DNA of 64,000 bases from assembly GCF_902713615.1 (NCBI RefSeq), contig NC_052146.1, forward strand, positions 181,924,143-181,988,142, in the 5' to 3' direction. Position 1 is the stretch's first letter. The number at the start of each line of letters is the position of its first letter. This stretch comes from Scyliorhinus canicula (lineage: Eukaryota). Under the pieces are notes generated by a model that was given only the letters and a program-made list of their open reading frames with translations, was not told where the DNA came from and searched no databases. Position numbers and translations under genes: made by a program. This document shows, in pieces, positions 12,508 to 25,057 of the stretch.

Positions 12508-13330
12508 TTCGAAAAAAACCTGTTGGACTTTAACCTGGTGTTGGAAGACCTCTTACTGTGCTCACCCCAGTCCAACACCAGCATCGCCACATCATGTCAT
12601 TCATTTGTCCACTCATTCAACTTGTCCAAATTACACTGAAGGATCTCGGCCTCCTTCTGACAGCTCACCCTCGCACACAACTTTGTGTCATTGGCAAATT
12701 TTGTTCCATTTTGTTCCCTCATCTAAATCATTAATATATATTGTGAATAGCTGGAGTCCTAGCACGATCCCTGCGGTACCCCAAGAATTACTGCCTGCAA
12801 TTTGAAAAAGGTCCGCTAATTCCTACTTTTTGTTTCCGGTCTGCCAACCTGTTTTGTATCCATCTCAATACACTACCCCTAATCCTATGCGCTTTAATTT
12901 TACACATTAATCTTTTATGTGGGACTTTGTCAAAAGCCTTGTGAAAGTTCAAATATACCACATCCACCGACTCCCCCTTGCCAACTCTGCTAGCAACATG
13001 CTCAAAGAATTTCAGTAAATTTGTCAAACATGATTTCCCCTTCATAAATCCATGCTGACTCTGTCCGATCCTGCCACTATATTCTAAGTTCTCGGCTATA
13101 AAATCTTTGACAACGGATCTTTGACAACGCAATATTCAGAAAATTTGGATGATATTGTTTTGCGTCTGTGACATAAAGGAGCCTGTGAGAAAGCTGTACC
13201 ACATAGGTTTATTGCACTGCTCTATTGAATACAACTATTTCCTAAAATGCTGCCACATGCAGTTGCACCTTTGGCTCTCATAGAAATGTTTCCCAACATA
13301 TTTGACAAGTTGAAATTTTTAAACACTTAC

Positions 13331-13390
13331 CTTATGTTGATCTGTCGGTTGGGATTCCAGGAGTGATATGAGATACAGATCATATTCGGC
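13331..13390 (-). CDS. C6orf118: C6orf118-like coding exon 4 (AEYDLYLISLLESQPTDQHK)
   Basis: AG at 13391-13392, GTAAGT donor at 13330, 60 nt phase 0/0; resembles recalled human DEYELYMATLLESQP. Confidence 0.85.
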
Positions 13391-13800
13391 CTGAGGGATG
13401 CAGATTCAGAATAGTTAAACCAGAAAAAGCGAAATAAATATTATGCAGCATTTTACTGTATTAAACTATAGTAACAATGCATTGTTTAAAACAACAATTT
13501 GGGAAGGGAAAGGAGAGGTGGGAGGAGTGGAACATGGGTGGGGTGGAACTTGGGAGAGGTGGAATGAAGCAAGAAAAGGAGAAAGATGGAGAGTGTGCTG
13601 GAATGACAAGGAAGAAGAACAAACAGAGAGAGTAGAAGAAAGAGAATTTGCTTACTCTGCTGAAGAGAGGGCATCGCACCCTCACTCAGTTTCTCTCCTT
13701 TTCCTTTCTTTCTATCTATTCCCTTCAAAAATGCTTTACTTCAAAATTCAACTTTATGTTTTAAAAAAAGGAAAATTAACCTGTGGAAATAAATTTCTTA

Positions 13801-13980
13801 GGGCGGCATGGTGGCACACTGGTTAGTGCTGATGACCAGGGTTTGATCCGAGCCCAGTCTGTGTGGAGTTTGCACATTCTCCCCGTGTCTGTGTGGATTT
13901 CACCCCCACAACCCAAAGATGTGTGGGATAGGTCAATTGGCAAAAAATAATTGGATACTCTGAATTTATTTTTTAAAAAA
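13801..13980 (+). mobile_element. Poly(A)-tailed V-domain SINE with 15-bp TSD
   Basis: TSD GGAAATAAATTTCTT at 13785-13799 and 13981-13995. Confidence 0.85.
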
Positions 13981-14064
13981 GGAAATAAATTTCTTCCCTT
14001 TCTCGCTATCTCTATCTGTATCTACCTCTTTCCTCTGCCTCACACTTGTATCCACATTACATTG

Positions 14065-14419
14065 TGTGGTGATATGCCTATGGGCTATATCATAGAGGGA
14101 TGGTATGTGACCTCCAACCAGCAGGTGGCAGTGCAGACACACCATACAGTCTCAAGACCAAGATAATGTGACCAGTGACTCCCATATAAGTGGAGACACA
14201 TCCAGTCATCTTCAGAAGAAGATTGAGAGGGTAATAAGACATACAAATGAACGGTTAGTGCGAGGTGCAGATTCCAGAGGAGTAATAAGCAGACTCCATG
14301 ATAACGTGCTCTGTAACAGATTGCTATCTTACCACACACAACAAAATAAAGATCCTGGTTTGGACAAGTTGAGGTGTTTGGTGGATTCCTTCATAAGATA
14401 TAGAAGGTCAAACATAACA
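14065..14419 (+). mobile_element. Solo LTR (Gypsy/BEL-like)
   Basis: TG...CA ends (TGTGGTG...TAACA), 5-bp TSD CATTG at 14060-14064 and 14420-14424, AATAAA at 14345-14350. Confidence 0.75.
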
Positions 14420-15146
14420 CATTGATTCTTTCAAACTGTCAGAATTACATGTGTCAATTTAACAGATTTTTTAAAATTGAAGCAACTCTAAATAAAGAAT
14501 CACAAACACATTTTCTGTTTTCTACGCTTGTCGAGTGAGGGTGTGTTTTTTGGGGGAAACTGAAACATTAAATGAATGCATGCATTTTTTTTTTAGCTCA
14601 ATGCATTTTCTAAAATTGCCACACCATCAAAGCCACAGCATAAGTGAATTAAGAATGCTATAATTTTCCTCTTAAACACACGCTGCCTCAGTTATAACTA
14701 AAATCATTGTTACGTTTAACCTATAAAAAAACTTTCGAAATTGTCTTCTTGTAATTTGTTTTCAACATTATTTGAAGGAAAGCTACTGAGCTGGCAGAAA
14801 AATATTCTGTCAGTATAGCTGTGTAATGGGGCCGATAAATCCTGAGAAGTTAGTCAGGCTGCATAATCCAAATTCGGGTCACAGAATCGTTAACTCTAGG
14901 CATAAGTGTCAATTCTAAGACATTGGAAATTTCAGTTACTGAAGAATGAAATGGTAATTAAAAGAGAAATCAGAAAATATTTTTAGGCGTTGAGTGAACC
15001 AGATGACAAATTGCATGATCAATGTGAGGATTTTAAATAGAAAATAGACATCATAAATATGGAACAGGAAATTCTGATGAGAAAAACGTTGATAGAAAAA
15101 GATAGATAAATGTAACAGAAAGTGGTTGCACAAGCAGAAGGTTTAT

Positions 15147-17040
15147 TAAAAAAAATCTTTTTATTCTCATTTTCAATATTTTCATCAATAAACAGCCAAA
15201 GAAAAAACAAACAAAAACAATAACAATCCCCCAGTCACAAATCGCCCCCCGCTCAATATACATACCAAAACAATCACCTGCACATTCCAGGTACAAAAAC
15301 CCCCCACAAATTAACAATTCAGAAACAGTGTAACCAAAGACAACAATACCTCCAACCCCCTCTCCCCCCCCCCCTTCCCCCCAATGTTCAATGGCAACCA
15401 ATTCTCAGAAGTGCATAATAAACCCCAATGAGTTGTGAAAACCCTTCCTTCAATCCCTTCAGCTGAGACTTCACCTTCCCGAGAGTCAAAGAAATTCAAG
15501 TAGCCCCCCCACCCCCCCCCAAGCCATGTCACAGGACAGAGAAGCTGACCTCCACCCCAACATGACCCGCCTCCGGAATCAGCGAGTCAAAGGCTAAAAC
15601 ATCTCCCCCTGCCGCCCGAGCTGGTCCGATCCCCGAAAGAGGCTTCTCGGGGCCCTGGTTTCAAGTTCACGAGCCCTACCCCGAGATGTCCCTGAAAAGC
15701 CTCCCTCCAATAAACCCCTCACACTCCATATAACTATCCTAAACAGGGATCTCAGGGAACCCCACCCACCTCCCTCTTCCTATCTACCATCATCATAACT
15801 CCAGGACCTGCCCCCTGGGCTTGGCCCGCCCTGTGCCATTGTTACCATCGAGCCCCTCCCCCTCCCAGAATCCTCTCATCCATTTCCTCTTGAAAACACC
15901 TCACCCATTATCAGTCCACTCCCCCAACTTTTCACACCTCCTAGGCCCATCAAAACTTGTTCTACCATACTCTAATGGCCGCAGCCCCTCCCCCCACCAC
16001 ACTCCCGTTCACTGGTCAGCTTGAGCTAGCCACTGTGGAGGCCCCTACCCAGGCTTCACTCCCCTCCAAACCCCTCCCCCCTGAGCAGTCCCAGGAAATC
16101 AAAGAAATCCCCTTCAACACACAATCCTAGTATAAACACACAAACCCCAAAGAACCATCATTGTAAAAGAAAATCCCAATTCTTACCTTGTCCAAATAAG
16201 CAACTTCAACTCATTTAGCACCTATAACAAAATGCAGTGAAAAATAGAGCTACATACACTCCTCCATCCCCCGTACCCTAATTCCAAGACCAATCCTCAG
16301 ACCCATTTCTCACTTCTGCCCCAGTCCTTCAGCCTTCACAAACCCCTCTGCCGCTTCCACCATCTCAAAATAAAAGTCTTTGGAGTTGTCGATCACCCTC
16401 AACGTAGCTGGGTACATTACGCCGAACCACACCCTGCTGTTATACAGTGCCGTCTTCACTCGGCCAAATGCCGCCTGCCTCCTCGCTAACTCCACTGTAA
16501 AGTCCTGGTATATATGTATACCAGCTCCAGCCCACTGCACCTCCCACTTCTGCTTTGTCCAACACAGGACCTTCTCTTCCATGCGGTACCTATGGAAACA
16601 AATAATTACTGCTCCTGGCAGCTCATTCGCCTTTGGTTTAGGCTTCCACGTCCTATGATCCAGTTCATACTAAGAGGGATCTTTCCGGTGCCCCAACAGC
16701 TCCGACAACATCTTGGCAAAATACTTGCTCAGTCTCGGCCCTCCACCCCTTCGGGCAGGCACACAATCCTCAGATTTTGCCGCCTAGATCTGTTTTCCAG
16801 GTCCTCAACTTTAGCCCACAGACTCTTGTTGGCCTCCACCACTCATCGAGGTGAGTTGATCACTGTGTTGCATTAAGGCCTCCTTCAGTATCTCATCCTG
16901 CCCCACACACCTCGGTCTATGTCCTCGACACCTCCGCCTTCACCTCCGCAATCACCTCCTTCACTGACCCTTCCACTCAATGGCGAACCTTCATTCGCCC
17001 CCTTCTTCACGGCAGCTTTCCTTTGGGTTTTGGACCTCGG
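15147..17040 (-). mobile_element. L1-clade element retaining ORF1, spacer and 3' end, lacking most of ORF2
   Basis: ORF1 C-terminus IYQDFTVELARRQAAF..EAAEGFVKAEGL (16310-16582); spacer joins directly to the ORF2 C-terminal remnant and T-rich 3' UTR near 15720; boundaries approximate. Confidence 0.75.
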
Positions 17041-17381
17041 TATCGGGCTGCCATTTTGAGTGGGCAGCCAGGTGCCGGGATTCCAGCAAAGTCCCTGCCA
17101 TGTATAAATTTGCATGCAAGGGAGAGGGAATCACTTCTAGGCACTTCTCTGAGTGCTAGCGGAGACCAGGAGAGATTCTATTCCAGCGGGAGAACATAGT
17201 CTCCCAAATGGAGAATCCAGCCTTAGTCTTTTAATAACTGGAATTTCACATGAAGCTGGAATTTCACATGAAGACAGAGTTTGAAGGACTTTGCGACTCA
17301 CTGTGATCTTTAAAATCTGAATGGACTGCTGAGCCAATTCATAAGATCATAATTAGTTTATTGCAATTGATAGTTTATATC

Positions 17382-17697
17382 ACGGTAGCACAGTGGTGGG
17401 CAGTACGGTAACACAGTTGCCTCACAGCTCCAAAGTCCCAGGTTTGATTCGCGGCTTGGGTCACTGTCTGTGCAGAGTCTGCACTTTCTCCCCGTATCTG
17501 TGTGGCTTTCCTCTGGGTGCTCCAGTTTCCTCCCACAGTCCAAAGATAAATTGCCCGTAGTGTCCAAAAAGGTTGCGTGGGGTTACTGGGTTATGGGATA
17601 GGGTGGAGGCGTAGGGCTAGGTAGGATGCTCTTTCAAAGGGCCGCTGCAGACTTGATGGGCCGAGTGGCCTCCTTCTGCACTGTATATTCTATGATA
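17382..17697 (+). mobile_element. V-domain SINE with CR1-type tail
   Basis: tRNA head, V domain, tail gggccgagtggcctccttctgcactgtatattctatga. Confidence 0.82.
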
Positions 17698-18420
17698 TAT
17701 ACAACCACCTGATAATTCATGCTTAATTCAGGTTTGTTCTGGATGTTAGCATTAGGATACATTTAGTATCAATGGGCAATAGTATTTGGTGTTTGCTTTG
17801 TTGACTCTTGTATAGTAAAAAAAAATCTTCTTTTAATCCATGGGATCTTGTGGCCTCATTTTCTTAGGAGGTAACTATATAAATATTGTCTACTTTACGA
17901 AAAAGTTATCGGTCTCTACCGAGATTTTAACAAGTTTTGTAGTCAGCAGCCTCCTAATTAGGATAGATTAGACCCTTTCAAAACAGGCTAGATTCCATTT
18001 AGAGGAATTGTATGCAGGTTTAATTATAACGAATGAGCCTATTATGCGCTGTCTTCGGTAAAGTAGCAACAGTCTATAATGAAGCATGATTCAATGCATT
18101 ATTTGAAGGCTAAAAAAAGGTGATTACCATCTCTCAAATGGGCCTCATGTACCCTCATGTTATTATACATTAGTCTTTATTCACAAACTCTTTTCAGGAC
18201 AATGCAATATTTGAATAGTTATTGATGGAGATATTATAAAAGGAATTTCAACATGTTTCAAAGATTAGTAACTAATGGTTATAGTGCTACTGGTCAAGAA
18301 TGTGTGAAAGAATTAAACATTATTCAACTCATCTAACTCACTTCTACAGAGTGAACTTTATCATAATGGACTCGCACAACGTATTTAATCATCTAACAGA
18401 GGTGAACAAATATAGATCAA

Positions 18421-18758
18421 GTAGCCGCACGGTAGCATGGTGGTTAGCATAAATGCTTCACAGCTCCAGGGTCCCAGGTTCGATTCCCGGCTGGGTCACT
18501 GTCTGTGCAGAGTCTGCACGTCCTCCCCGTGTGTGCGTGGGTTTCCTCCGGGTGCTCCGGTTTCCTCCCACAGTCCAAAGATGTGCGGGTTAGGTGGATT
18601 GGCCATGCTAAATTGGCCGTAGTGTCCTAAAAAGTAAGGTTAAGGGGGGGTTGTTGGGTTACGGGTATAGGATTGATACGTGGGTTTGAGTGGGGTGATC
18701 ATTGCTCGGCACAACATCGAGGGCCGAAGGGCCTGTTCTGTGCTGTACTGTTCTATGT
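18421..18758 (+). mobile_element. Full-length HE1-like V-SINE with CR1-type tail
   Basis: A/B-box head (ggttcgattcc), V domain, gggccgaagggcctgttctgtgctgtactgttctatg. Confidence 0.9.
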
Positions 18759-19384
18759 AATGGTGCAAGCACTTGAAACCGACAACATATTCAAGAAATA
18801 CTTAGTCCAACAGTGCGACTTAGACTGTTAAATAAATAGGAAAAAAAAGCTACTTCCACCGGTAACTTCTTCTTAGTTCCCTTCCCACACCTAGTGGTAT
18901 TATGAGGCAGACTAAGCATGCGCTGACATCCGTTTTCATAGCAAAGTTATCCTGGAACAGGTCAGTAGGCTATTGCCAGAGGCTAAAGCTTGAGGGGCAC
19001 CACTCTATATCAAACATGACTGCTCAGAAGACTCGCCTGCTATTACTACCTGCTACAGGAAGATTGGAAGGATTTACAGGTTGACAATCAACTTATTTGG
19101 CCAAATTATGAATGCACGGTTAATAACTAGAGGGCATCAGATTAGGATCATTGGCAGAAGAGCAAGGTCAGGAACAATGGTGGAAGCAAAATTCATATTA
19201 ATATTTAAAAGGAAGCAGGCATATATTTGAAAAGAGTATTTAAAACAATACAGGCAAAGATGACTAAGAAGATAGCTCCTTCCGACAGTCAAATTGTACG
19301 ATTCTGAGTACTTGTTTCTAATTTCATATAATACCAACCACAAGTACTGCCCAATATATTTTGTTACACATTAGTTAAAATTAC

Positions 19385-19507
19385 CTTGATTTCTCTCAAG
19401 ATTTCACAAAACATTGTTGAATCCTGGCAGACGTCCTCAAACAAATCACTGAAAACCTGAAGACGTCTCAAGTTTGGCTCAGGGAGATGGTCTATCTTCA
19501 TCAGCTC
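19385..19507 (-). CDS. C6orf118: C6orf118-like coding exon 3 (ELMKIDHLPEPNLRRLQVFSDLFEDVCQDSTMFCEILREIK)
   Basis: TAG acceptor at 19508-19510, GTAA donor at 19384, 123 nt phase 0/0; resembles recalled human [41 protein letters not shown]. Confidence 0.88.
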
Positions 19508-21724
19508 CTACATTTGTAATTTAAGGAAGAAATCACTGATAAAACTGAGCTCAATCGTAAGAGAATCAAGGACACTTGTGTCACAAGAACACAAACAGGT
19601 CACTGTAGGTATAGGAGTTTGAGCAATTAAAAGGGACAGCAATTTCAAAAACAAACTTTATTTTCCAATGAAAGCAAAATTGCTGAGTGGCAGGAATATC
19701 AAAATTTACATTATTTATTCTTTAGTCGGCCAACCTTTGTAAGTATATTGTCATAAATATGGGAAGATAACAAGATTACCAGTGAACTTGAGATTAAAAT
19801 AATATAATAGAAAAGTAACAACACTAGCAGGCACCCAGAGGAACAATGAGATGCAATTTTCCCAGTAACAAGATTACAGTAACAATGTCTAGAGACATTG
19901 AGATCCGAATGGCCATATCAGAAACATTATTTACCAGAGATCAGTGAGGCTATACAAATGGAACTTCTACAGGCAAGGCATTTGAGTGAGGTAGACAGCA
20001 GAATCCACAGAGTGGGATATTAAACAGACTGATCTGTATAACTGCTGCACCCTCATTGGGGAAGGAGGACAGTTCTCCATCTAACAGACAGGCAGTTCCA
20101 TCTATGATTCGAGCCACAGAGGCCTGTTCCATCTAACATTTAGAGTCACAGCAGATTGCAGATATTCTCCTCTAAAATGCGCAATTTTATGCCTTTATGG
20201 AACGAGGGAGACGACATTTTTTCTAGACTGGGTCACCTAAGCGATATTGTGTGGTAACTATTAATTGGAGAACCGAGAGTTACTAAAACTGGATGTTGTC
20301 TATGAAAAGGGGTGTCATTAGTGAGTAGTTCCAGTCCCCCATTCCCCTATCACTTATCAAAGGGAACTTTGAGATTTCCAACAAGGATTACTTATAACTT
20401 AATTTGACAACCTTTTTTTGCAGCCATTCCCCACAACCTACCTTGAATTACAGCTTCTTGCGCAACCCAGCTGTGAGAATAGTAGATCAGGCACCACCAA
20501 TGGAAAAAGCAACAGAGTTAACTTTGGTTGGGTTTTTTCCAGACCTGCCGTGGCATGACCTATCACAGAGGATGCAATGAGCCAACCAAAAGTCCATTGG
20601 TGGGACCAGAAGATCCTAGTAGCTGGCAGGGCTGGAAAGTCCAGGACAACTTTTCAGGTCAATGATCTGTCATCAGAACCTAGTTGAAGGCACCTATGCA
20701 GCACAAAGGATGATCATGATGTTGTGGTGTGTAGTTATATTACAACATTTTAGAAAACCGGCTCTTTAAGGCCGGATTTTTAAAAAACCTTGAACTGAGT
20801 TTAAAGACTATTTCAAAATGGCCCGAAGTTGCCAAACAGAATAGAAAATTACAGACTGCATCTCCTCTTCTGAGAGGAGAAAAGACAGTCCTTAATTTAA
20901 TTCTCTGTGCTCTTAATAACAAAGTTATGTTGATGCCTCATTGCAAGAATGTAAATTGTGCCTTGGCCAGGACAAAAGCTAAGAACCACAGCCATCTTAA
21001 CTTCTGCAAAAAAGCCTTGAAAGGGGTAGGTAGCTGAGATAACCTTCTTGTAATATCTTCAGTGAAGCAGACACGAGCTTCAACACAGGGAAAGAGGGAC
21101 CAACAAGCAGAGGCATCAAACTGCTGCACTCATTAGTCTCAAAAGGACCACACTGTAGTCCCTTCATCATGAAAAGTAAAGAAACTCCTCTCACCCTCCT
21201 ACCTGATTCCAGTTACTAAGCTACCTGTTAAAGCAACCTCTGGCAATTTGACATTGGAAACCATTGCAGCTACAGAGAAAACTTTGCAACCTCAAGACCT
21301 TCATTTCAGACAATGCAACAACTCGATTTCAAACGTATCAGGATTTCACTGAAAAACAGAGACCGAATCATTTGTATATGTATCGGTTTAATCTTCTTCT
21401 GTAATTAACATTGTGTGTGCATGTGTTAGTGACTATCTTTTCTTAGGTAACTTCCAGGAAATACTGTGAAATAAAGTAACTTTTTTCTTTTCAAATAAAA
21501 AACGCTTTCCGCTGTTATTTTTAAACTGAATTACTCACTGCAAAGGTAAAATACACATGTCCGTGTGCACACGGAATTCTAAAGATAAGTACCTGCACTG
21601 AGAGGTATGGAATTGCCACAGCCCTTAGTATAGACTGTTATTTTCTTGCCCCTAACCCCCATTTTGATCTTCAGTTATGGTTTTAAACTTCACAGTACAT
21701 CCACAAAATGTTACCGTGTCTTAC

Positions 21725-22436
21725 ATGATTTAGCTTCCACTCATGTTTTGCTACTGCTCTGTAACCAGACATCGCCTCCCTCTCTAGAAGGTCTTCCGTC
21801 ATCAGGATTTTTTTCTCAAATTCAAGTCGCTTCGTGAATTGGTCCTTCCTTGTCAGCCCAGCCAAGTAAGATTCAACAAACTGCCTCTGGTCGTGGCCAG
21901 TGCGAGTTCTTGCACACTTTTGTGGCTGAGGCTTCATGAGCATGAGGTCAGATAGCTTCAAATCCTGTTTGGCAAAGCGATCCTGTAGTGTCGGAGATCC
22001 TGACTTGGTTTCTGGGATCGTTGACTCTTCTGCGATATCCTGAGAATCTCTGGTACAACTCGGTTTAAGGTCATCGAGGGTAAGGCTGCAAATTTTAGGT
22101 AATGTTGGCCCCATACTAGTCATCAGGCTGAAGTTTACAAATGCATCAGTCATTTTCTTTACTTTGGCATCTTTTGATTTCTGGATAGACCTACAATGTT
22201 TGTCTTTCTTAAAAGGAGAGGGCTTTTTTGCACTCTTCCATGACACCGAGGCTTCCTGTTGCCTTGATATTTTATGCAGGTTCCTATGATTTAAATGTCC
22301 AAAGCTGTAGGCAAAAATGTCAGCCTTCTGAGACTTTTCTAACTCATGGAGGAGTTGTCGGAGTGTTTTTTTCTGTGGGTCAGAATACTCACTGGATTTA
22401 TTCTTCGTGGGTTTCATTGTTTCAGTGAAACAAAGC
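21725..22436 (-). CDS. C6orf118: C6orf118-like coding exon 2 (712 nt)
   Basis: TTTTTTCAG acceptor at 22437, GTAAGA donor at 21724; motifs YSFGHLNHRNL, SYLAGLTRKDQF, DLL..HEWKL resemble recalled human YISGHLNPNKL, SYLAGATSADRY, HERKL. Confidence 0.88.
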
Positions 22437-22602
22437 CTGAAAAATGTAGAAACAAAATGAATTATTAACCGGATGTGAAAACTGTGTTTTGGGCTTGTAG
22501 ATTATCCAATAACAGACTTTTCAACAATTCACAGCTATTTTCCTTGCATATCTTTTAGTTATGATAAAATTTGTCTTTTGCCTCCTCTCTCCATACTTAC
22601 AT

Positions 22603-24370
22603 TTATTTTTTTTTAAATATTTTATTGAGGCATTTATATTATAAATTTTAACAGAATAAGCAACCACACATCAAGAAAAACAAAACCCAGCCAATATAGC
22701 TTACATTAGGCATTGTCAAAGTCGCGGGCGCGACCCACGGTTGCGTCGTGTGGTGTGTCGGGAGGGTCGCGGAGCCAGACATTGCGGCACTCCCGATCGT
22801 GCAAATCCGCGCGCAACAGCCATTTTTTAATAATGCCGGCTGCAAGCGGCCTTCAAAATGGCCACGAACATATTTTTAAAATGCGGCCGCACTGCACATG
22901 CGTGCCCGCTCATCGGTGCGCATGCGCAGTGCAACTGCATACCGCATTTTTTTTATCCATGCGCAGCCTTTTTTTTTTACAAGTTCAGGGGAGTTTTTAT
23001 TTGATAAAATTTTACAGGAAAAAAATGCAGCAACTTATAATGTTTCATCCTCTAGAAATTGGAGGTACACCACATTTCACCTAAACATTACAAGGTAAGA
23101 GAAAATGGTGGGTCGCGCAGGTCAGCCGGTGTGGGTTGCGAAGGTTGGCTGGGTTGGGTCCCGAAGGTTGGCTGGTTGGTAAAAATGGGTCCCCAGAAAA
23201 AAAAGTATGAAAAACACTGGCTTACATAAACAACACCCCAATAACAATTCACCACCAACCTACCCCCACCTTACCCAACTCCCCCTTTTTTAACCACCCC
23301 CTCCCCGCCCCACTGACAGCTTAGACCTTTCCAAAGAAATCGATAAACATCTGCCAACTCTGGGTAAACCCTAGCATCAAGCCATCATGACGAACTTTAT
23401 CTTCTCAAGCCTGAGAAACCCTGCCATGTCACCAATCCTCACCCCCGACTTTGGGAGTTCCGAGTCCCTTCATGCTAGCAAGATCCGTCTCCAAGCTAGC
23501 AGGAAGTAAAGGACAAGACATTGGCCTCTCTCTCACTCCCTGGACTCCCGGTTCTTCTGACGCATCAAAAATTGCCACACCTGGACTCGGAGCCACCCTT
23601 ACCCTCGGTATTTCTGACATGATTTTGGCAAACCCCTGCCAGAATCTCCCAATCTTCAGACATGCCCAAAACATATGGACATGATTCGCAGCCCACCCGC
23701 ACACTCCTATCCTCCATCTCTTCAAAAATCCTGCTCATCCGGGCCAGAGTCATATGTGCCCTGTGGACGACCTTAAATTGTATAAGGCTAAGCCTGGCAC
23801 ACGTCGAGGACGCATTGACTCACCTCAGGGTGTCCTCCCATAACCCAGCCTCCAACTCCCAACCCAGCTCTTCCTCCCACTTCCACTTAACCTCCACTAT
23901 CAGGGCTCCCTCCCAGTCCATCAGCACCTTATAGATTTCCCCTCCCCTACTCCGGTTCTCGACACTACCTTATCCTATAGTCTCTGGGGTGGTAGGTACG
24001 GGAAGGTCGATACCTGTCTCCGCACAAAGTCCCTCATCTGCAAGTAACGGAAACCATTCTACCGGACAGCTCAAACACCTCCTCCAACTCTTCCAAGCAC
24101 TGAAAGCCCCAGTCTATAAACAAATCCCCAAACAACGCAATCCCCGCCTGCTGCCACCCCCAAAACTCCCCTGGAGCAAACCGGTGGTGGCCACATAGCG
24201 GTGCCCTCACCGAACCCCCTTCAGCCATATGTGCTGCCGCCACTGTTCCCACATCCTCAGGGTCACCACCACTACTGGGCTTATGGAGTACCTGGCTGGC
24301 AAGAACGGCAGAGGCGCCATTAACAGTGCCCCTAAACGTGTGTCCTTACATGAGGTTGCCTCCATCCGAC
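22603..24370 (-). mobile_element. 5'-truncated L1 3' fragment, interrupted by a hAT element
   Basis: poly(T) at about 22603-22615; ANHVHMFWAC knuckle region homologous to the L1 at 69-4444. Confidence 0.85.
22707..23219. mobile_element. Non-autonomous hAT (Charlie/Buster-type) DNA transposon
   Basis: 8-bp TSD GCTTACAT (22699-22706, 23220-23227) with central TA; imperfect termini TAGGCATTGTCAAAG / CAGTGTTTTTCATAC. Confidence 0.8.
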
Positions 24371-25057
24371 AATCGGAGGGGGTGGGGCGGACAGTCGGTG
24401 AGGGGGCGGGGTGGAGTCGGTGAGGGGGCGGACAGTCGGTGAGGAGGCGGGGCGGACAGTCGGTGAGGGGGCGGGGTGGACAGTCGGTGAGGGGGCGGGG
24501 CAGCCAGTGGGGAAGGGGGCGGGGCAGCCAGTGGGGGAGGGGTGGCCAGTGGGGAAGGGGCGGATAGTCTGGGAGGGGGCGGGGCGGATAGTCCGGGAGG
24601 GGGCGGGGCAGACACTTCGGGAGGGGGCGGGACGGACAGTCGGTGAGGGGGCGAGGCGGACAGTCGGTGAGGGGGCGGGGCGGAGGGCGGACAGTCCGGA
24701 GGGGGCGGGGCGGACAGTCGGTGAGGGGGCGGGGCGGACAGTCCGGAGGGGGCGGGGCGGACAGTCCGGAGGGGGCGGGGCGGACAGTCCAGAGGGGGCG
24801 GGGCGGACAGTCCAGAGGGGGCGGGGCGGACAGTCCAGAGGGGGCGGGGCGGACAGTCCAGAGGGGGCGGGGCGGACAGTCCAGAGGGGGCGGGGCGGAC
24901 AGTCCAGAGGGGGCGGGGCGGACAGTCCAGAGGGGGCGGGGCGGACAGTCCAGAGGGGGCGGGGCGGACAGTCCAGAGGGGGCGGGGCGGACAGTCCAGA
25001 GGGGGCGGGGCGGACAGTCGGTGAGGGGGCGGGGCGGACAGTCGGTGAGGGGGCTGG
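24370..25057. repeat. GC-rich minisatellite, 23/24-bp units (GGGGGCGGGGCGGACAGTCCAGA / ...GTCGGTGA), roughly 30 units
   Basis: Directly visible tandem units; explains the repetitive ORFs at 24332-25139. Confidence 0.95.

Larger units (their letters stand above)
5795..12594. mobile_element. Penelope-like element (Neptune-type) composite: minus-strand RT/GIY-YIG/pLTR arm (5795-6857 plus 10976-~11600) and inverted plus-strand GIY-YIG/pLTR arm (~11600-12594)
   Basis: RT motifs GTAMGTKFAPQYANIFM, RYVDDIF, FLDTLI; Cys linker PCHDNLCKTC; GIY-YIG half WYIGET; 12-bp TSD TG(C/T)CATTCATTT bounds the whole unit. Confidence 0.9.
4955..13130 (-). mobile_element. Older CR1 LINE ORF2 3' fragment (parts 4955-5794 and 12607-13130), split by the Penelope insertion
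   Basis: [23 protein letters not shown] (12788-13132); FRTEMRRNFFTQRVVGLW (5043-5387); sequence is continuous across the TSD at 5783-5794 / 12595-12606. Confidence 0.88.

Noticed and set aside
18421-18500. tRNA-like sequences here and at other SINE heads as tRNA genes
   Set aside because: They continue into SINE bodies and tails and lack a complete cloverleaf.
20720-21620. LTR-like segment with AATAAA and TGTGG/CCACA ends
   Set aside because: No TSD found and boundaries are unsupported.
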